64,000 bases of DNA from an uncultured Thermoplasmatales archaeon (GTDB lineage Archaea > Thermoplasmatota > E2 > DHVEG-1). The notes below the pieces were generated by a model. It was not told where the DNA came from. It saw only the letters and a program-made list of their open reading frames with translations, and did not search any database. The DNA lies in contig CAZFFN010000040.1 in assembly GCA_964518165.1 (NCBI GenBank), positions 14,329 to 78,328 on the forward strand. The letters run 5' to 3'. This document shows, piece by piece, positions 47,485 to 57,323 of the stretch. A program made the position numbers and the translations under genes. The first letter of the stretch is position 1. The number at the start of each line of letters is the position of its first letter.

Positions 47485-48591
47485 ATGGAAGAATCTAATT
47501 TTTTAAAAGAAATTACTGAAGGCTCTACCGATATTTTTGTTCATATTAATAAAGAAAAGAAAAAAGGACCTGGCATAAAAAAAGGCGGCATTCCTTTTTA
47601 TAATCCTACTATGGAGTTGAACAGAGATTTTTCTATTGCTTTTTTAGAGTGGTTAACTAAAGAAATTAACCATCCCTTAAAAATTCTAGATGGTCTTTCA
47701 TCTTCTGGTATCCGTGGAGTTCGTTTTTGTAATGAAATCGATGGTGATTTCAAGGTTTTTTTAAATGACTGGGATAAAAATGCTTTTAACTTAATCAAAA
47801 AAAATATTGAAAATAATAATCTAAAAAATGCTTATCCCGTTAATTCTGAGTTAAATGCTCTTCTTTCCTCTGATAAATTCGATTATATCGATATTGATCC
47901 TTTCGGCTCCCCCGTATATTTTTTTGATTCAGCACTTCGTAGCATAAGACATAATGGTGTTATTTCTTTTAGTGCGACTGATACTGCAACTCTTTGTGGC
48001 GTATATAAGAAGGTTTGTAGGAGACGTTATGATGCTGAATCTTTTCATGGTGTTTCTATGAAGGAAGTTGGTATGAGAATACTGATTGGTGCTATCGCAA
48101 GAGCCGCAGCTAGACATGAGAAAGGAATTATGCCGATTATATCATATGTTACAGATCATTATTTTAGGTGTTATGTAAAAGTTTTTGATAATGTAAATAA
48201 AGCAAACGACACTATTTCTAAAGTTAAAACAATTAAAGCTGGTGAAAAGATCGGATTTAAAGAAATAAAAAAAGATGTTGGACCAGTTTGGACTGGTAAA
48301 ATTCAATTTAAAAAGATGTTTAAGGATATTAGATCAATTAGCTTAAGTAAAAAATTTGGAAGTAAAAAAAAGTTACTTAAATTAATTAATTTTTTAGAAG
48401 AAGAAGCGGATATGCCTATGTTTTATTATACAACTGATAGTATTTCGTCTAGTCTTAAAAAATCTCCACCTAAAAAAGTTAATTTAATTAATAATCTAGA
48501 AAAAAAAGGTTACAAGGCATCAGGTACTCATTTTGATGATATGGGTTTTAAAACAGACGCAGAAATGGAAGATATAATAAGTTTTTATTAA
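47485..48591 (+). CDS. trm1: tRNA (guanine26-N2)-dimethyltransferase
   Basis: FYNPTMELNRD ... LDGLSSSGIRG. Confidence 0.85.
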   Translation: MEESNFLKEITEGSTDIFVHINKEKKKGPGIKKGGIPFYNPTMELNRDFSIAFLEWLTKEINHPLKILDGLSSSGIRGVRFCNEIDGDFKVFLNDWDKNAFNLIKKNIENNNLKNAYPVNSELNALLSSDKFDYIDIDPFGSPVYFFDSALRSIRHNGVISFSATDTATLCGVYKKVCRRRYDAESFHGVSMKEVGMRILIGAIARAAARHEKGIMPIISYVTDHYFRCYVKVFDNVNKANDTISKVKTIKAGEKIGFKEIKKDVGPVWTGKIQFKKMFKDIRSISLSKKFGSKKKLLKLINFLEEEADMPMFYYTTDSISSSLKKSPPKKVNLINNLEKKGYKASGTHFDDMGFKTDAEMEDIISFY

Positions 48592-48917
48592 GAAAAATTT
48601 GGTATCGCCCTAAATTTTAAAAATCTATAGATTACAAAAACTGATATTATTATCTGAATAAAAATACAAATTATTTCTTGAAAAATATTTGCCCAATAGG
48701 GTCTATTTTCGAACGAACCGGGATATTCTTCTTCTATAACAACACATCCTAAGGCAGATGGAAGAATATTTTCTTTATTTTGAAACGAAAATTCATCAAA
48801 AACATGGAATTCAATTGGTTTAACATATGGATCAATTTCAGACATAATCCAGTGTCCTGCTTCATGTAGGGGAGTTGTTGCAATAATAGTTACTGATGAA
48901 AGCATAAAACACAGCAA
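48588..48917 (-). CDS. Small membrane-anchored protein with an HExxH motif
   Basis: PLHEAGHW motif in a 109-aa protein with hydrophobic termini. Confidence 0.35.
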   Translation of the reverse strand: MLCFMLSSVTIIATTPLHEAGHWIMSEIDPYVKPIEFHVFDEFSFQNKENILPSALGCVVIEEEYPGSFENRPYWANIFQEIICIFIQIIISVFVIYRFLKFRAIPNFS

Positions 48918-49072
48918 AATTATTTTTAATACATTTCTAGTTTTTTGTATATTTAAAATATTAATCCCCCAGACTCAATAAATAATATAGATATTATTAT
49001 AAATAAATTACTATGATAATATTTCTAGGAAAACAATTAAGTTAAGAATATATATTAAACTTTGAAAGTGGA

Positions 49073-49756
49073 TTGTTTGGTATTATGGCAAAAAAAACCA
49101 GAGTAGGAGTTCTTGCTAGTGGAGGAGGAACTGACTTACAAAGTATAATTGATGCATCAGAAAAAGGTATGATCAATGCTGAAGTTGTAGTATTAGTTTG
49201 TGATAACTGCGAGGCATACTGCCTGAATAGAGCAGAAAAACATAACATAACTGGTTTCTTTGTTGATACTAAAAATAAAGATAAAAAAGAAATTGATAAT
49301 GAAGTTGACGGTGTTTTTGAAGAACACAATGTTGATCTAGTGGTTGGTGCTGGTTACATGAGAATTCTTACAAAAGAATTTGTCAAAAAATGGTATGGGA
49401 AACTAATCAATATTCATCCGGCATTGCTGCCCTCTTTTAAAGGAGCAAATGGCCAGGGTGATGCCTTTAATTATGGTGTTAAAATATCTGGTTGCACGAC
49501 CCACTTTATGGATGAACATATGGATCATGGGCCAATAATTTTACAAGCTGCTGTAAAGGTAATGCCTGATGATACTAAAGATAGTCTAGCAAAAAGAATT
49601 CTTGATGTTGAGCATCAAATACTTCCGCGTACTGTTGATTTATTTTCAAAAAAAGCTCTTAAGATAGTTGGTAGAAAAGTAGAAATCAAAAGTAAAGACA
49701 GTTGGATTGGTAAATACGATACTTTTCCTAATGTTTTATATTCTGAAGGTTATTAG
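49073..49756 (+). CDS. purN: Phosphoribosylglycinamide formyltransferase
   Basis: VLASGGGT ... IHPALLP ... GCTTHF. Confidence 0.85.
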   Translation: MFGIMAKKTRVGVLASGGGTDLQSIIDASEKGMINAEVVVLVCDNCEAYCLNRAEKHNITGFFVDTKNKDKKEIDNEVDGVFEEHNVDLVVGAGYMRILTKEFVKKWYGKLINIHPALLPSFKGANGQGDAFNYGVKISGCTTHFMDEHMDHGPIILQAAVKVMPDDTKDSLAKRILDVEHQILPRTVDLFSKKALKIVGRKVEIKSKDSWIGKYDTFPNVLYSEGY

Positions 49757-49767
49757 CATCTGTAAAT

Positions 49768-51063
49768 ATGAATGATAAGGATTTTTTTGATTGGCTAAAC
49801 AGTTTTCACAAGTTCGGCGTTAAACTAGATCTAAATAGAATTAAACATATCTGTAAAAAACTAAATAACCCACATGAAAGCTATAAAATCATACATGTCA
49901 GTGGGACAAACGGTAAAGGATCAGTTTGTAGATTCCTAGGATCAATTCTGAGCAAAAGCAGTTACAAGACAGGTATTTACACTTCTCCACATTTAGAGCA
50001 TTTTTCAGAGCGGATTACAGTAGATAATAAAGAAATTTCAACTGAAGAACTAACTATTATCTATAAAAAAATCAAACCAATTGTAGATGACATGATAAAA
50101 AAAGATATATATCCTACATATTTTGAAATAGTAACAGCAATTGCATTTCTTTTTTTTAAAATTAAAAAAGTTGATATCGCAGTAATTGAAGTAGGTCTAG
50201 GAGGACGTTTTGATGCAACTAATATTGTTAAACCAGTTTTATCGGTAATATCTAATGTATCAATGGAGCATCAAGATAGATTAGGTGACACTATTGAAAA
50301 AATTGCTTTTGAAAAAGCAGGTATAATAAAAGAAAATATTCCTATTGTAACATCTGCTAAAAACAATGCATTAAAAGTAATTAAGAAAATTTCAAAAGAA
50401 AAAAACTCAAAAATTTTTGAAATAAATGAAGCAAACTGGGTTAGAACTAATTTTAATAATAAATCTCAAATATTCAAAATAGACTTTTTAGAAGAAACGT
50501 ATAATTTAAAAACAAAAATACTAGGAAGTTTTCAAGGAGAAAATATTGCACTTTCAACTGCTTCTGCAGTTATTTTACAAAAAAAGGGTTTAAAAATAGA
50601 TGAAAAATCAATTGAGAAAGGAATTCTTAATACAATAAACCCAGGTAGAATGGAAGTTATTAAAACAAAACCTATTATTCTTTTAGATGGAGCACATAAT
50701 GTTGAAGCAATTAAAAAATTAGGAGAATCCATTGAAAAAGATTTTAAGTTTGATAGATTAATTCTTGTAATTGGTATTTTAGAAGATAAAAACTATATTG
50801 AAATGCTAGAAGAAATTGTTCCAATATGTGATTTAATTGTTACTACTAAATCAACAAATAAAAGATCATGTAACCCATATACTTTGAAAAAAGAAGTTGA
50901 GTATGTTGATTACAAAAAATCAGTTGTTCCTTTTGAAACAATTGAAAAGGCTGTTTTATTTGCTAAAAGTGAAGCAGGTTTTAGAGATATGATTTGTATC
51001 TGTGGATCTTTATTTACAGTTGGTGAAGCAAGAAGCTTTTTAAAAGAACTAATTTTATTTTAA
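49768..51063 (+). CDS. folC: Folylpolyglutamate/dihydrofolate synthase
   Basis: HVSGTNGKGS P-loop and Mur-ligase architecture. Confidence 0.85.
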   Translation: MNDKDFFDWLNSFHKFGVKLDLNRIKHICKKLNNPHESYKIIHVSGTNGKGSVCRFLGSILSKSSYKTGIYTSPHLEHFSERITVDNKEISTEELTIIYKKIKPIVDDMIKKDIYPTYFEIVTAIAFLFFKIKKVDIAVIEVGLGGRFDATNIVKPVLSVISNVSMEHQDRLGDTIEKIAFEKAGIIKENIPIVTSAKNNALKVIKKISKEKNSKIFEINEANWVRTNFNNKSQIFKIDFLEETYNLKTKILGSFQGENIALSTASAVILQKKGLKIDEKSIEKGILNTINPGRMEVIKTKPIILLDGAHNVEAIKKLGESIEKDFKFDRLILVIGILEDKNYIEMLEEIVPICDLIVTTKSTNKRSCNPYTLKKEVEYVDYKKSVVPFETIEKAVLFAKSEAGFRDMICICGSLFTVGEARSFLKELILF

Positions 51064-51108
51064 AGAGTAATTTATATAAAGTGTAAAATTAATATTCCCG
51101 TAGATTAG

Positions 51109-51993
51109 ATGAGTGCATACAGAAATATCAAAGACATCTTTGATTCGATGATAAAAGACGGGAAAATCATTTTTCTTATAATTGCATCTATTCTCATTGC
51201 TTTTTCTGCTGTTGTACCATATTTAGCAGATTTTGAATATAACGATATATTAATTCAAGGTCTTATTTCAGCAATACCCTCTGCTTTTGCATGGTTAGTG
51301 ATTGGTTGGACTATTACAGATAAATCTATTCTTAGAAAACCATATCCTTATCTTGCAATTTTTTCTGCATGGTTTATTTATGAGATATATTGGTATCTAT
51401 TCAACTTTTTATTTCCAAGCAACTATGGTAACTCTCAAGTTTCAAGTCAAGAATGGTTGAATTTACAGGAAACTGCTTTTACTTTTTATATCATCTTATT
51501 TTTTGTAATAGCAGTTTTTATTTTTGTGTTATTTTGGTATCTAACTAATCCTAAAAATTTGCCTAAAAATAAACTTGATATTTTCAAAAAAAGAAACTTT
51601 ATATATGCAATTCTTGGCGGACTATTTATTACCATGCCACTTTGGAGTATTAGATTGTTATATTATGTCTTTGGAATAAGACTCCCTGAATTTATTGTAA
51701 CAAACAATCTTTTCCTTGACTTGTACTATTTTATTATAAACGCAATTCCAGTAAGTATCGCTTTTTTGATCTTTGGAGTTATAATTACTAATATAAAAAT
51801 ACAAAAAAGATATGTTTTGTATTTTTTAATTATTGTTTTTACAGCTGTTTCTTTTATCCCTATATATACAATAACTGGCCTTGATATCAATAGAGATCTA
51901 TTCATATTTTATAGATTTTTAAAATATTCAATTTCTTATTTCTTTGTATTTTTAGGTTTTATTTTGCTATCTAAAGAAAAATACCTTGAATAA
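51109..51993 (+). CDS. Hypothetical polytopic membrane protein
   Basis: ORF and hydrophobicity only. Confidence 0.35.
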   Translation: MSAYRNIKDIFDSMIKDGKIIFLIIASILIAFSAVVPYLADFEYNDILIQGLISAIPSAFAWLVIGWTITDKSILRKPYPYLAIFSAWFIYEIYWYLFNFLFPSNYGNSQVSSQEWLNLQETAFTFYIILFFVIAVFIFVLFWYLTNPKNLPKNKLDIFKKRNFIYAILGGLFITMPLWSIRLLYYVFGIRLPEFIVTNNLFLDLYYFIINAIPVSIAFLIFGVIITNIKIQKRYVLYFLIIVFTAVSFIPIYTITGLDINRDLFIFYRFLKYSISYFFVFLGFILLSKEKYLE

Positions 51994-52255
51994 GAAAAAT
52001 CTTATTTTTTTACAAAAACGTAAATATGAAGGTTTTTATTGTAATTTGAAGCCTATGTTTAATAATTGGAGTATTAAAAAGTTATATGGAGTTTTTGGTT
52101 TAATACTATTAATTATTGCATCTGTTCAAGTTTATATGCTATATACAGTACAAAATGAACTAATTCATTTTGGACTACTTTTTGCAGCATTATTTATAGC
52201 ATTATTGTTATTCCATTCAGTAAATATTAAAATTAAAGAAAAAAAGAAAAAGTAG
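51986..52255 (+). CDS. Small membrane protein
   Basis: ORF only. Confidence 0.3.
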   Translation: MNKKNLIFLQKRKYEGFYCNLKPMFNNWSIKKLYGVFGLILLIIASVQVYMLYTVQNELIHFGLLFAALFIALLLFHSVNIKIKEKKKK

Positions 52256-52256
52256 G

Positions 52257-52496
52257 TTGATTGATATGTTTGAAAATAGAAGTCATAAACAGCTAATTAT
52301 TATTTATGCAGTAATTGCTTTAATTGTAACTTTAGTCTTATCTGTTTTTCATTATTTTACATACACTGGTCCATTTGCTAATATTTATGTAATTATTTTA
52401 TTTGCAAATATTGAGTTTTTTGTAATTTTTTATATTTTATACATGCCTTTGAAAGTTAAAATAGCTAGAGAAAAAGAAGAAAATAAAGAAGAGTAA
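52257..52496 (+). CDS. Small membrane protein
   Basis: ORF only. Confidence 0.3.
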   Translation: MIDMFENRSHKQLIIIYAVIALIVTLVLSVFHYFTYTGPFANIYVIILFANIEFFVIFYILYMPLKVKIAREKEENKEE

Positions 52497-52598
52497 TCTA
52501 AATTTTACTCCATATAATCTATTTTATTTGGGCTTTTGTGATAGAAGCTTTATATAGTCCTAAGAATAATCTTATATAATAAAGTTAATAAAAAATAG

Positions 52599-53271
52599 GT
52601 GATTAGAATGAAAAGAAAAATAATTTGTCTTTTAATAACTAGCATGATTCTACTAACTGGTTTTTCAATTGTTTCTTCAGCTACAACAATGAGTACCAAA
52701 GATACAAAGAAAAAAATTGTTTTAACAAATGAAGAGGGGGCCTCTTTCACTAAAACTAGATGTGGAAAAATTAGGTGCTAGAAAATTTGATATAAAAGTA
52801 TATGTTATAAATACTTTAGATGAAGAAGTTTCAGTAGAATTTAATACACATTTGACGACTCAATTTTTGGTTTTACCTGGTGAACATTCAAACTTAGCAC
52901 GATCATCATGTGCAGAATATTCTAAAGAAGATAAACAACTTTTTAAAAATAACGCAAGTTTAAACTTTGAGCCAGAAGAAGAAAAGTTGTTGATAGAGGA
53001 TACATTTAAAGGAAAAGGAAATTATATATCTCAGGAGTATAACAAGAAACGTCTCCCCAACGGGAATTATACTTTTGCAGCATTTTTAATGAATTATAAA
53101 ACACCAAATTGCACTGAGTATAAATATGGAGGAGAATTCAAGGCAGAATTATTTGAATTGTCAAAATCATTAAATATTTCCCCATTGACTAAAATTTCAA
53201 AATATATATTAGTTAAATTTATCCTGCAATTCCCAATGATTAAAGTAATCTTATGTAAACTAGGAAAATAA
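52599..53271 (+). pseudogene. Secreted hypothetical protein split by a frameshift at a G5 tract (signal peptide in 52599..52781, body in 52729..53271)
   Basis: Signal peptide MKRKIICLLITSMILLTGFSIVSSA is in one frame. The mature body is in the +1 frame, overlapping at gaagaggggg (52736-52740). Confidence 0.45.
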
Positions 53272-53367
53272 AAACTCAATTTTTCTCTTTTTTAATTTTT
53301 ACAAAATATATCATAAACTAAGTCAAATAAATATTTTCAAATATTACTTAACTTATAACAAATCTTA

Positions 53368-53733
53368 ATGACAGATCATAACCCTAAATTTTTAAAAATT
53401 AATTCTTTAAAAGATGCAAAAAAAGAAATAGAAAAAATTGGAAGTGACAAATATAGTATCAATATAATGGCACCTAAAGCAGTTACAAAAGTGATAAAAC
53501 TAAAAAATGTAACCCTGCAGGATGCAATCATAATAAAACAGGACATGCTATCAATCGGTGGGGAAGTAGCCGTTCCAAGAAACACATTTGAATTAAAAGA
53601 AGAAAAAGCTGATATCCTAGTTATTGGTAATTTATCCCAACATTTACTTTTAGTTAAAAAACTCAACAGGCATTATCCTAGAATAAAAAAAATTGCAACA
53701 GATCTTGAATTACTTTTTAAGGAATATCTATGA
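53368..53733 (+). CDS. Small conserved protein immediately upstream of folP (4-nt overlap), possibly pterin-pathway related
   Basis: Operon context only; any MptD-like assignment is a guess. Confidence 0.3.
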   Translation: MTDHNPKFLKINSLKDAKKEIEKIGSDKYSINIMAPKAVTKVIKLKNVTLQDAIIIKQDMLSIGGEVAVPRNTFELKEEKADILVIGNLSQHLLLVKKLNRHYPRIKKIATDLELLFKEYL

Positions 53734-54575
53734 AAATTTTTGATTATGATCTAGAACAAAAAACTCTAATTATGGGCATTCTAAATGTTACACCAGATAG
53801 TTTTTCTGATGGTGGAAAATTTAATTCAATAGAGCTTGCAGTGAAACACGCTAAAAAAATGGTAGAAGAAGGAGCAGATATCATTGATATCGGCGGTGAG
53901 TCAACTAGACCAGGTGCTAAAAAAATATCCTCTGAAGAAGAATTAAAACGAATTTTACCGATTGTAAAAAAACTTTCAAAAGAAATAAATGTCCCTATCT
54001 CAGTTGATACATATAAAGCAGAAGTTGCAGAAAAATGTATTAATGTTGGAGCTTCGATGATAAATGATATTACCGCGTTGAGAGGAGATGAAAAACTAGC
54101 TAGTATAGTAAGCAAGCATAAAGTTCCAATATGCATCATGCATATGTTGGGAACACCAAAAAATATGCAAAAAAATCCAAATTACTCTAATATAATAGAA
54201 GAAATCAAAGATTTTTTAGAAAAAAGGTCTGAATATGCAATAAGTAAAGGCATTTCTAAAAATAAAATAATTATTGATCCAGGTATTGGTTTTGGTAAAA
54301 GAACAGGAAATGGAGTTGAAGATAACTGCAAAATTATTGAAAATATCTCTGAATTTAAAAAATTGCAATATCCAGTTTTAATAGGTGCATCAAGAAAAAC
54401 TTTTATCGGAAATATTTCAGGTAAAAATAAACTTAATCCAAATGATAGACTAGAGGGAAGTATTGCTGCATCATGTATCTCAGCATATAATGGTGCTGAT
54501 ATATTAAGAGTTCATGATGTAAAAGAAACAAGAAGAGCTCTAGATGTTGTTGAATGCATCAAAAATAGTAAATAA
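53730..54575 (+). CDS. folP: Dihydropteroate synthase
   Basis: GILNVTPDSFSDGG pterin-binding signature. Confidence 0.9.
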   Translation: MKIFDYDLEQKTLIMGILNVTPDSFSDGGKFNSIELAVKHAKKMVEEGADIIDIGGESTRPGAKKISSEEELKRILPIVKKLSKEINVPISVDTYKAEVAEKCINVGASMINDITALRGDEKLASIVSKHKVPICIMHMLGTPKNMQKNPNYSNIIEEIKDFLEKRSEYAISKGISKNKIIIDPGIGFGKRTGNGVEDNCKIIENISEFKKLQYPVLIGASRKTFIGNISGKNKLNPNDRLEGSIAASCISAYNGADILRVHDVKETRRALDVVECIKNSK

Positions 54576-54656
54576 TCAAATGTTGTGATCTCTTGTATAG
54601 AAATACTTATATACTTATAAATTAATAAATATATAAAAATTGGAGGATTATATCAT

Positions 54657-55400
54657 ATGAAAAAAAATACTCAAAAAATATTTGCTGTTGCAATTATAGC
54701 TTTTTTTATGCTTCTTTCATTAACTCCTGCAACATCTGCAACTAAAGAAAAAAAACTTAGTTTAATAGGAGTTGAAGTAACAGATTATTTAGCTGATGGA
54801 ACAACTAGGGAAAGAAAAGTATTTTTAGAAAGATCAGATATAAAAGACTTAAAAAATGAAATTCTTTCTGCAAAAACTCTTTCTGAAAGAATCAAAGTAC
54901 TTAAAAAATTCAATCTAGTCGATGAAGAAACAAGTGCTTTAGATTGGTTAAAAGGAATGCTTAATAAAGCAGATAAACTTGGTATTAGAGATAAAAACTT
55001 TCTAACAAGAACTAAAATAAAACTTCCATTTATGATAAGTGCATTAAATAAGGTAAGTTCAATTTCTGTAGTAGGTGGTTCAACTCGCATTGGAGTAACT
55101 CCCCTTTTTAGAATAATTAAAAAATTGTTTAAATTAGATCAAGTAAAAAGAGCTGATCTACTTGTAACTCAAACAGGTGTTTTAAGTGTTCTAGATACAA
55201 ACAGCGTTCTTAGTAAAAACACAATGATAAGCCTACTTGGATTCACAGGCCACATTGGATTTGTAGGAACCGGTATTAAAGTTCCATTCTTACTTCATAT
55301 ACACACAGGATACTCAGCTTTATCTTTTGGCCTAGGTCTTGGTTTTAGAATTAAAAGATCAAATCTAAAAGATGTAGATATACCAGATGTAATGCCATAA
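54657..55400 (+). CDS. Secreted hypothetical protein
   Basis: Signal peptide; no motif. Confidence 0.4.
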   Translation: MKKNTQKIFAVAIIAFFMLLSLTPATSATKEKKLSLIGVEVTDYLADGTTRERKVFLERSDIKDLKNEILSAKTLSERIKVLKKFNLVDEETSALDWLKGMLNKADKLGIRDKNFLTRTKIKLPFMISALNKVSSISVVGGSTRIGVTPLFRIIKKLFKLDQVKRADLLVTQTGVLSVLDTNSVLSKNTMISLLGFTGHIGFVGTGIKVPFLLHIHTGYSALSFGLGLGFRIKRSNLKDVDIPDVMP

Positions 55401-55440
55401 AAAAATATAAATAAAAAGATTTAAAGAAATTTTATTTTCT

Positions 55441-55944
55441 TTACTTAATTTTTACTTTCTTTGATTCTTTCTTTGGTTTTGGTTCTAGTTTTGGAAGTGA
55501 TATATTTAATACTCCATCTTCAAGTTCTGCATCAATACTATCTGTTTTTAATTCTTCAGGTAGTTCTAGAGATCTATGAAAGGATGTAGTGCTTCTTTCA
55601 CGTCTGAGGAAGTTTTTTTCTTTGCTTTCGTCTGACTCCTCATGCTCTGCTGAAATCTCTATTGTGTTTGGTGTAACTTCAATATTTATGTCTTCTTTTG
55701 GTATACCCGGCATTTCAACATTCATTTCGTATTTATCACCGTGGTCTTTTATATCCATTAGTGGTGTTCTTTCTCTCATTGCTGTCGTTGGATTCCACAA
55801 TAGGTCATCGAAGTTTGACCTGAACTGATCAAAAAGCCTGTCGAAATCGGTCCATAGATCAGTTGGTCTTCTTCCTGTAGTTAGTCCTTCACTTCCTTTG
55901 TCTCTTACAGCCAGCTTATTTTTCTTATTTTTTCCAAATGCCAT
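55441..55944 (-). CDS. hsp20: Small heat-shock protein (Hsp20/alpha-crystallin)
   Basis: ACD core DIKDHGDKYEMNVEMPG...AELEDGVLNISLPK. Confidence 0.85.
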   Translation of the reverse strand: MAFGKNKKNKLAVRDKGSEGLTTGRRPTDLWTDFDRLFDQFRSNFDDLLWNPTTAMRERTPLMDIKDHGDKYEMNVEMPGIPKEDINIEVTPNTIEISAEHEESDESKEKNFLRRERSTTSFHRSLELPEELKTDSIDAELEDGVLNISLPKLEPKPKKESKKVKIK

Positions 55945-56235
55945 ATTTATTTACCTCCTTTTCACCTTTTTTAGTCACTATAATTATGTATAAAGTCTTC
56001 TATAAAAAGTTTTCGGTATAAACAGCAGTTCCGAATGTACATGAAAAACTCTACATGAAAACAAGAGAAATAATGGATATAAATAAGGTATAAAAATCTT
56101 TTCAACAGGAGAGATTAGCTTAAAACAGTAGATCTAACCCTTATAATTGGTAAATATTACTAAAAAATCAATATTTTAACATAGTTTACACTAAGAAAAT
56201 CATATAGAATAATAATTAAAAGTTAAGAAGTATTG

Positions 56236-57141
56236 TTAACCTCCAGGATCAATGGTATATAGAATGGTTCCAAATAATTTTGGAGTCAATAAATGGTCTT
56301 TTTCAACTATTCCATGCAATGATAACCACAGGAGAACGTCGGCAAGAATCCAAAGAGTATAAAGCAATACTGAAAACATAAAATAGAATAGTCGGATGAG
56401 ATAGTTTTTAGATGTAGTTTTTGGTAGGAATGAATGTTTTTTCATTCGGTAACTGGTTTCAACACCCCATCGTTTACCATACAGATAAAAAAGTCTCTCG
56501 GCAAGGTTTACATCGTTTTCATCAAAACTCATATTGGTTGCAAACGCTCTTTTAACAATTTCCCCATTATCTGTTTCTTCTTCGACTATTACAAGGTTAA
56601 ATTTTGTGTCTTTCATTGGAAAATCATTAACAACTGTGGGTGAAGATGCTATCTCTAAAACATTTCTAACCGTGGTTATTTTTGTTGCAGGCATCAAATA
56701 TTTCAGATTAAGTTTTTGAAAAACTTTAAGTGATTTAGTATCAAAAAATCCTCGATCAATATAAACTCTATTGATTCGTATTCGTTTAAATGCAAATCTT
56801 AGAAGTTTATTGAGGATCTGTTCTTTTCTATCAAATGGTCCAACAGATAACGCGAGTAGAGTGAATCTTTTTCCAGCTTCAACAATATTTATTGTTGCAA
56901 ATTTGTAACATTTACTGGTTCCACGGTCTGGTTCTTTTCCTACTATCATCGGTGTATTTCAATCTCCGTAATAGTACCATTCTGTGTAGTCAATTGCGAC
57001 ATCGTAGGGTTTTCTTTGATCAAAAGAATTAGTTTGCAGGTTCATATTCCAGATTATTTCAAACAATGAGAGAAATAAACGGTCGAGTTTATCACGGTTT
57101 TCATATTTCTTCAAATGATAAAGAAGAGTATCCAAAGGTAT
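56236..57141 (-). mobile_element. Degraded IS4/ISH3-like DDE transposase gene with an in-frame TGA at 56959-56961
   Basis: The C-part ORF (56236..56949) has ...YGKRWGVETSYR. Upstream in the same frame, ...KPYDVAIDYTEWYYYGD is followed directly by TGA, then NTP-MIVGK. The N-part is bounded by TAG at 57142. Confidence 0.6.
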
Positions 57142-57323
57142 ACCCTAAATGTAAAAGCCCTTATTGGGACACCCCTCGAAAAAAAGACTGAAAAAAATAT
57201 TTTCAATGAAGTTTTACAAAAAAATATATAATAAAATCTAATAATGATTATTTGTTTTCAATAGCTATAAAAATTAATATATAATAAGATAAATGTCTTT
57301 AAAGGTGAAGGAGAACTAAAAAG

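Noticed and set aside
51109-52496. Three consecutive small membrane proteins as a possible novel system
   Set aside because: Only hydrophobicity supports them; no motifs, no partner enzymes; kept as low-confidence CDS only.
56959-56961. In-frame TGA in the transposase as possible UGA recoding (Sec/Gly/Trp)
   Set aside because: TGA is used as a bona fide stop by at least four well-conserved Mrp/Mbh genes in this window, with ATGA start/stop overlaps; no SECIS-like context examined. Treated as a nonsense mutation.
56200-57200. Terminal inverted repeats delimiting the IS element
   Set aside because: Manual comparison of the two flanks did not reveal a convincing inverted repeat; the ends may be deleted, so no boundaries were asserted.
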